Assembly: GCA_002408465.1 (NCBI GenBank)
Contig: DHSM01000008.1
Span: 3,187 to 67,186, forward strand
Reading direction: 5' to 3'
Origin: Firmicutes bacterium UBA5286
GTDB lineage: Bacteria > Bacillota > Proteinivoracia > UBA4975
Length of the DNA: 64,000 nucleotides
Every line of letters begins with the position of its first letter. The first letter of the stretch is position 1. The translations under genes were made by a program, and so were the position numbers. Below, one piece after another: positions 58,500 to 64,000 of the stretch. The notes beneath the pieces are model-generated. The model made no database searches, was not told where the DNA came from, and was given only the letters and a program-made list of their open reading frames with translations.

Positions 58500-59066
58500 A
58501 TGAATCGAACGGAAACAGCAGACCTTTTGCACTATCTTGCAGTGGCATATCAAGGCAGGTTAAGATTTCCTACCGGTACACCCTCAGGAGATGATTGGAT
58601 GATCCTGGTTTATCGGCGCATCCTAAGAAATATCCCAGCTGATATAGCACTTGCAGCTGCTGATAAGTTTATTTCCCAGGGGACAGAACGGCCTCCGCTC
58701 CCTGGACAGTTAGCGGCTGAAGCACGAAAACTGGTTGACCCAAGGCCCGAAAGGACCGGTCTTGAGGGATGGGAGGAACTACAAAGGGCATTTGCCCGAT
58801 ATAGCCCATATTACCAATATAGCGAGTTTGTAGAATGCCTAAGCGAAGAGGTCCGGGGAATTGTCCGTATGATTGGAATCAATACAATCGATAACACTGA
58901 TCCTGCGTTTATGCAGCCCAGGTTTGTGAAGCTTTACGAGGAGCAGCAGAAAAGAACCCGTGAGCTGGATCAAATTATGGAGATGCAAGATAGATTGCAA
59001 AAGGGCGAGACAGACAAGAATCTTCTGATTCAAAGTGTTGTGGAGGAAGACAAAATCCAGAACTAG
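58500..59066 (+). CDS. Phage-type replicative helicase loader/inhibitor (G39P-like)
   Basis: MNRTETADLL..LAVAY, ALAAADKFI...RPPLPGQL; directly after rep. Confidence 0.65.
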   Translation: MNRTETADLLHYLAVAYQGRLRFPTGTPSGDDWMILVYRRILRNIPADIALAAADKFISQGTERPPLPGQLAAEARKLVDPRPERTGLEGWEELQRAFARYSPYYQYSEFVECLSEEVRGIVRMIGINTIDNTDPAFMQPRFVKLYEEQQKRTRELDQIMEMQDRLQKGETDKNLLIQSVVEEDKIQN

Positions 59067-59178
59067 CATTAGGGACAGCCCGTTCGGGAAGAGGTATTTC
59101 ATCTCAAGTTTTCAGTCCGATTTAAGAAGTTACGAATACAGTCTACAAGTACATTGAGGTCCTAGAGGAGGAAACTGT

Positions 59179-60342
59179 ATGCCGAAGGTCAGTAAGAGGT
59201 CAGATGGGCGCTGGGAGACCAGGGTGCGAGTTGGAACGGACAACGGAAAACCTAAGTACCGGTCTATCTATGGGAGAACTAAAAAAGAAGCTGAAGAAAA
59301 GCTAGCAGAGATTACAACTCAACTTAAAACAGGAACTTACGCTAACCCTTCTAATGTGACTTTAGGTGAATGGATTAATGAATGGATCAACGGACGGCCA
59401 AATATTCGGGAGACAACCAGAGCCTTCTATGATTCCCTTATTAGAGTCCACATTGCTCCTGCTTTAGGGGATATAAAGCTCAATAGACTCACAACAAGAG
59501 ACATTCAGACCTTGTTAAATGAGAAGATGGTGGACGGGGCAGTACGAGGAGGTGGTTTATCAGCTGCCACAATCCGATATATCCATGTCTGTATTCAGTC
59601 CGCGTTAAAACAGGCGGTGAAGGAAAGGTTACTGATTGTCAACCCTGCGGAAGCCGTTGAGTGTCCCAAAATTCCTCCCAAAGAGATGAAGACGCTAACC
59701 ATCGAACAGGTTGGAATATTTCTTGAGGAGGCCAAACAGGATCCGAATTATGCAGCCTTCTTGCTGGATCTATCAACTGGACTCAGGCGGGGGGAATTAC
59801 TAGGAATCTGGTGGGAAGACATTGATTTTGAAAAATCCACTCTAACGATTCGTCGCCAACTCTCTAAGCGGCCCAGGACTGCCGAGAAGCATCTGGACAG
59901 GCTCTTCTTCACACAACCAAAGACGAATGCGGGGCATAGACAGCTATCTCTGCCCAGCAATGTTCTCCATGCACTAAAGGATCATAGGAAGCGGCAGCAT
60001 GAGGCACGCCTAATAATAGGGGGAGCCTATCTGAACCCTGATATTGTCTTCGCCACTCCAGAAGGTGGGCCGCTTTGCCCAGATAGCTTCTACAAGTCAT
60101 TTAAAAGGATTCTTAGGAAGGCCGGGTTACCAAATGTACGATTCCACGATTTAAGGCACACATATGCGACCATGGCCCTTCAGGCGGGGATATCCCCCAA
60201 GACTATTCAAGCTGTCTTAGGCCACGCCAATATATCAACAACCCTAAATATCTACGGCCACGTTACTAAAGAAATGCACACCCAGGCTGCTGAAATCATG
60301 GGTGACATATTGGAGGGTTCAATAAAACTTCAAGGCGGCTAA
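59179..60342 (+). CDS. Tyrosine recombinase/integrase (Tn916/ICEBs1-like)
   Basis: KRSDGRWE arm-binding N-terminus, TGLRRGELL, FHDLRH, LGH, TTLNIYGH. Confidence 0.95.
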   Translation: MPKVSKRSDGRWETRVRVGTDNGKPKYRSIYGRTKKEAEEKLAEITTQLKTGTYANPSNVTLGEWINEWINGRPNIRETTRAFYDSLIRVHIAPALGDIKLNRLTTRDIQTLLNEKMVDGAVRGGGLSAATIRYIHVCIQSALKQAVKERLLIVNPAEAVECPKIPPKEMKTLTIEQVGIFLEEAKQDPNYAAFLLDLSTGLRRGELLGIWWEDIDFEKSTLTIRRQLSKRPRTAEKHLDRLFFTQPKTNAGHRQLSLPSNVLHALKDHRKRQHEARLIIGGAYLNPDIVFATPEGGPLCPDSFYKSFKRILRKAGLPNVRFHDLRHTYATMALQAGISPKTIQAVLGHANISTTLNIYGHVTKEMHTQAAEIMGDILEGSIKLQGG

Positions 60343-60589
60343 AAAACGAATAGCAATAGTATGACCTTAAACTGGCATACGGGAATACTTGGAAACCTCC
60401 GCTCCAAGCACGACGATTCAAGTAGTCTCTCAGGAAGGGATAGCTATCTTGCATCCATGGGGAGTCGTCGGGTCACACGATGGAGTATCCGGGGAGCCAC
60501 ATCTTATTCCTTTTTTTAGCCCCGCAAGTTACATTCCTCTGTCACTCGGGGGAGGCTCTTGATGGAATAAGAATGTGCCCTTGGGAAGA

Positions 60590-60705
60590 GTAGCAAGCAT
60601 TGCAAATGTATATACATTTGCCACGGCAGTAGCCTCCCTCTGCCCGCACTTAGGTCAGAGTTCGGCTTTCTCCCGGCTTGTTGGGGCTTCGCCCCAAACC
60701 CCTAT
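60590..60705. other. Putative oriT region
   Basis: Perfect 20-bp palindrome GCAAATGTATATACATTTGC (60602-60621) adjoining minus-strand AATGCTTGCTA, plus GGGGC-TTC-GCCCC hairpin, upstream of mobC. Confidence 0.55.
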
Positions 60706-60729
60706 AAAGCAACGGTGAGGAGGTTAAGC

Positions 60730-61062
60730 ATGTCATCGGTTAAGAAGACAGGCATCTTTATAAGGGTGACACAGGAAGAAAAGGAACAGGCCAGGGAACA
60801 AATGAAAAAAGCTGGCCTGAATAACATGAGTGAATATATTCGGCGAATGATGCTAAATGGCCAGATAGTAAGACAGGAATTTCAAGACCTAAAGGACCTT
60901 ACTACTCAGATCGGAAGGATTGGAGGCAATGTTAACCAGATTGCCAAGCGTGCAAATGAAAGAAGGGTAGTACCACAAGAAGATATCGACGAAGTATTGG
61001 GTTGTATGAGAAAGGTAATGCGCGTTGTAGATTCTGAGATAAGGCGTGTTTTGCGGTCGTAA
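60730..61062 (+). CDS. mobC: Relaxosome accessory protein MobC
   Basis: RHH N-terminus (IFIRVTQEEK..MSEYIRRM), IGRIGGNVNQIAKRAN. Confidence 0.9.
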   Translation: MSSVKKTGIFIRVTQEEKEQAREQMKKAGLNNMSEYIRRMMLNGQIVRQEFQDLKDLTTQIGRIGGNVNQIAKRANERRVVPQEDIDEVLGCMRKVMRVVDSEIRRVLRS

Positions 61063-61119
61063 TTGCAATACCTTTTCAGAGTATGCCCGGGAGTTTGCTA
61101 AAAGGGGGAGGTGGTATAA

Positions 61120-62475
61120 ATGGCTGTAACGAAGATCCATGCAATAAAATCCACGGTAGCTAAGGCAATTAAATATATACTAGATCCGGCTAAGACTGAT
61201 GGCACTCTTTTAGCCTCGGGTTTTCATTGCGAGCCTGCCCTAGCTCACCTGGATTTCGAGATGACCTCTCTATTAGCAAAAGAGATAAGAGGAGATCATA
61301 CCAAAACGGGTGGTTCTGATAATCTTGCCTATCATCTTATTCAAAGCTTCTCAAAGACAGACAAGATAACCCCGGAACAAGCTCATGAGCTTGGCAAGCA
61401 GCTGGCAGATGAGGTGTACCTGGGCAAGCATGAATATGTCATTACTACTCACATAGACAAAGGGCATATCCACAACCATATAATTGCTAATTCTGTGTCC
61501 TTTTTAGACTTCAATAAATTCCGGACCAGGCCATATGAGACAGCCCGCAAGATTAGAGAGGCTAGCGATAGATTATGTAGAGAAAACGGGCTGCACGTAA
61601 TTGAAAATCCCAAGGGAAAAGGTCAAGATAAGCGGAAGTGGCAGACGCAGCCCAGCTGGAGGGATCGCTTGCAGCTGGCCATTGACAAGGCAATATACAC
61701 AGCAACAAATTATCAGGAATTTACTGATTTGCTCAAGACAGAAAAAGTAGAGATAAAGGAAGGGCAACATATTGCCTTCAAAATGCCTGGGCAGCAACGG
61801 TTTATAAGGGGAAAGAGCATTGGCCCTCGATACGAGAGAGAACAGATAAAGGCGAGAATTGATGACCCCAACAAGAGTAAGGTTGTCGAATTCTTGCCAC
61901 ATACCAAGATTGAGAAGGCTATATATAGGATGTCCAGTAGACAGATTATACAGGAGATCCAAAGGACAGCTAATGCCCTGGTCTTAACACGGAGAGAGAA
62001 AGTGTTTTCTTACCGAGACTATAATATTAGGCTTAATGAGTTGAAGGAGCAATGCAAGGCTGTTAGGAGTACACTCAAGGATCTTGATGATAAAAGCGCT
62101 CAATATCGAAACGTATCCAAACTCCTAGTTGCTTATAACAAGCATCTTCCTTTGGTTCAACAATATGAGCAACTACCGAAATGGAAAAAGAAGAAGTTTC
62201 TTAGCAGCCATGACTCAGAGCTTAGTGTGTTTGCACATGCCGAAAAAATGCTGCTAAGTGCGGGTGCTGAACCGGTGGATATGAATAGAGCTCTAGAGTT
62301 CTTGAAAAAGCATTCCGAAAAAACAGGTGAACTCGGTGTGCAGTTCAGGCAAATAGAGGAGAGAATCAAGAACCTTGACGCTGCCAAGAAAGTCATAGGC
62401 AAAATCCTTGGCCACGAACAAGAAGAAAAACGGGACGGTATAAAACGAAGAACGATACAAGAGCTGACTCGATAA
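61120..62475 (+). CDS. MOBP-family relaxase
   Basis: MAVTKIHAI..YILDPAKT, AYHLIQSF, HIDKGHIHNHII; coiled-coil C-terminus. Confidence 0.92.
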   Translation: MAVTKIHAIKSTVAKAIKYILDPAKTDGTLLASGFHCEPALAHLDFEMTSLLAKEIRGDHTKTGGSDNLAYHLIQSFSKTDKITPEQAHELGKQLADEVYLGKHEYVITTHIDKGHIHNHIIANSVSFLDFNKFRTRPYETARKIREASDRLCRENGLHVIENPKGKGQDKRKWQTQPSWRDRLQLAIDKAIYTATNYQEFTDLLKTEKVEIKEGQHIAFKMPGQQRFIRGKSIGPRYEREQIKARIDDPNKSKVVEFLPHTKIEKAIYRMSSRQIIQEIQRTANALVLTRREKVFSYRDYNIRLNELKEQCKAVRSTLKDLDDKSAQYRNVSKLLVAYNKHLPLVQQYEQLPKWKKKKFLSSHDSELSVFAHAEKMLLSAGAEPVDMNRALEFLKKHSEKTGELGVQFRQIEERIKNLDAAKKVIGKILGHEQEEKRDGIKRRTIQELTR

Positions 62476-62641
62476 AACGGTCCTCAATTCCATAATTTTG
62501 ACGCTGGGAGGTTTTCCAGACTTCAGTAAGGGGTTTGTCCCTAAAATGGTTGTAAACGATTTAGGGGCTCTTTTTTAAGGAATAATGACAGACATAACCT
62601 ACTAGTAAGGCAATGGGTTATGACGGATAAAACAAAGGAGG

Positions 62642-62824
62642 ATGGATGGAATGGCAAGGCCAAGAAAACTTACTCCCCTTGAAGAATACGCAGCTTACGG
62701 ATTAAGAAAATCTGGTGTTTCATATGCCGAGATTGCTCATAATAATGGAGTTTCCGTGAGGACTATCGAACGGATTATTAAGAGGATAGAAATTGATAAA
62801 AAGCCTAAGGAATCGGGGGTATAA
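62642..62824 (+). CDS. Small HTH DNA-binding protein
   Basis: ARPRKLT...SYAEIAHNNGVSVRTIERI; AGGAGG RBS. Confidence 0.7.
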   Translation: MDGMARPRKLTPLEEYAAYGLRKSGVSYAEIAHNNGVSVRTIERIIKRIEIDKKPKESGV

Positions 62825-64000
62825 AGACATTACCTACCTTCTCAAAACGCCTCAGAAAGCAAAATACGAGGTCGAATTTCAGCCGTTTATCCCTTTAACC
62901 ACAGGAAATCCTGCTGAAGTAAAAAATGGCACTTCTGACCCAGGAAAACGGATTCAATAGCGCCATCATGCCCCACTGATATAAGAGTTCTTATTTCCTG
63001 CGATTTTTTCAGTAATTAATAGTTGAAAATGGAATACCCGTTTATGGGGAAAATGTAAACATCCTTTCCCCAAGAGTTTCTAAACCTCGTCTACCTTTTG
63101 TTTACAAAATTTGCTTTCGGAATAAGTATAATAATATTTTGTATACAAAAGTGGGTTTACACCATGTGTGTCAGGGGGAAACAGTGTAAACATTCTATAG
63201 AAATAAGCCAGTAGCCAACGCGAATCGGATATACTGCTTTGGCTTGACGGAAGAACCTGTGTAAACAAGATATTCTGAAATGTGCACAGCTTTTCGCCAT
63301 GGGTTTCTAAGCTCCTTCTTGGTTTTGTAAGACAAGATTTGCTGCAAATCTGAAAATGAACGATATTTGTCTTACACAAGTGGGGGTAGGCCTTATGTGT
63401 CAGGGACAAACCATGTGCACATTTTGCCTGCATAATGCCTTAACTCGATTTCCAGGGGCGAGATTCTCGACGCTAGGAGCTTTGTCGTAAGGATGTTATA
63501 TAATATATAAATATAATTATAAATGTGAATAGCTCCATCCAACTGAACCTTGTTTGCCGAGCCCCTGAGCCTCAACTGAACCGCAGAATTTGCGGGTCAG
63601 TAACCTCACTAAGGAAAATCCGTCTAGTTCACTAACAAAAACCAGGGGGTGGTTTTTGGGGGGTGGACAGAATCCCCGTTTACCGGGCTTTTTTTGCTTA
63701 CAGAAGCATTATTATTCTTAACACCGTGTTGTACATTTAGAGAAGAACGGCAAGGACTCACAAAACCAAACCTTATCTACTTAAAAAAGTTCATCGAACC
63801 CTCTGAGGCTCAACTGAACGAAAGAATCTTTCGGTCAGGAACGAAATGATCTTTCACCGGAAACTGATATTGATAATACTGAGATCCGCTAATATAGATT
63901 ATAGGACATAAGGGGTAGAAAAAGAGGGGAATTACATCCGATAATGCTACATAAATGACTAGAAAATCACATCCGATAATGTAGATTCTAGGGATTGATA

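Larger units (their letters stand above)
55769..64000. mobile_element. Integrative mobilisable element adjacent to tRNA-Val(CAC); right end outside the window
   Basis: GC drop after the tRNA; XRE, excisionase, Rep, helicase loader, tyrosine integrase, MobC, relaxase; no attR copy seen. Confidence 0.85.

Noticed and set aside
63080..63575. Minus-strand ORFs of 117 and 60 aa in the element
   Set aside because: No RBS or recognisable motif; probably non-coding or decayed DNA.
1..64000. CRISPR array, rRNA, reverse transcriptase or retron
   Set aside because: No regularly spaced repeat-spacer array, rRNA signature or RT (YxDD) ORF was seen.

Overview
A ~50% GC chromosomal segment from an endospore-forming Firmicute (Clostridia-like; inferred from gene content). 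The conserved backbone is dacF-spoIIAA-spoIIAB-sigF, dodecin-spoVAC/D/E followed by a collapsed spoVAF pseudogene, a three-gene acyl-CoA dehydratase-activase cluster, CCA/A-adding enzyme-S2P protease-scpAB-ytfI-gerW-dacB-spmAB, a NiCo riboswitch with a CDF exporter, degV-rluB-ccpN-ppsR-ppdK, dGTPase-sigA (no dnaG between them), three tRNAs, trmK-nif3-zinc ribbon-murG, RNase P RNA, ytvI, a TGS GTPase, leuS with T-box, ytpB/hepT, cysS and glycerate kinase. Accessory parts: (i) a 1.9-kb islet bounded by a 24-bp direct repeat carrying a candidate secreted toxin and membrane immunity pair; (ii) a 2.5-kb integrase-less islet in the RNase P RNA gene with a 118-bp duplication of its 3' end, carrying a QueC-like gene and a frameshifted M23 peptidase; (iii) a SatD (nucleotidyl-cyclase-like + HTH) / DUF3307 membrane-protein pair with four 18-bp palindromic boxes and a SigH-like promoter; (iv) an APH-like + ABC-F operon behind a uORF attenuator; (v) an integrative mobilisable element next to tRNA-Val(CAC) with a phage-like replication module, internal integrase and MobC/relaxase, running off the right edge. 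All family calls are from motif recognition by eye; no database search was run.
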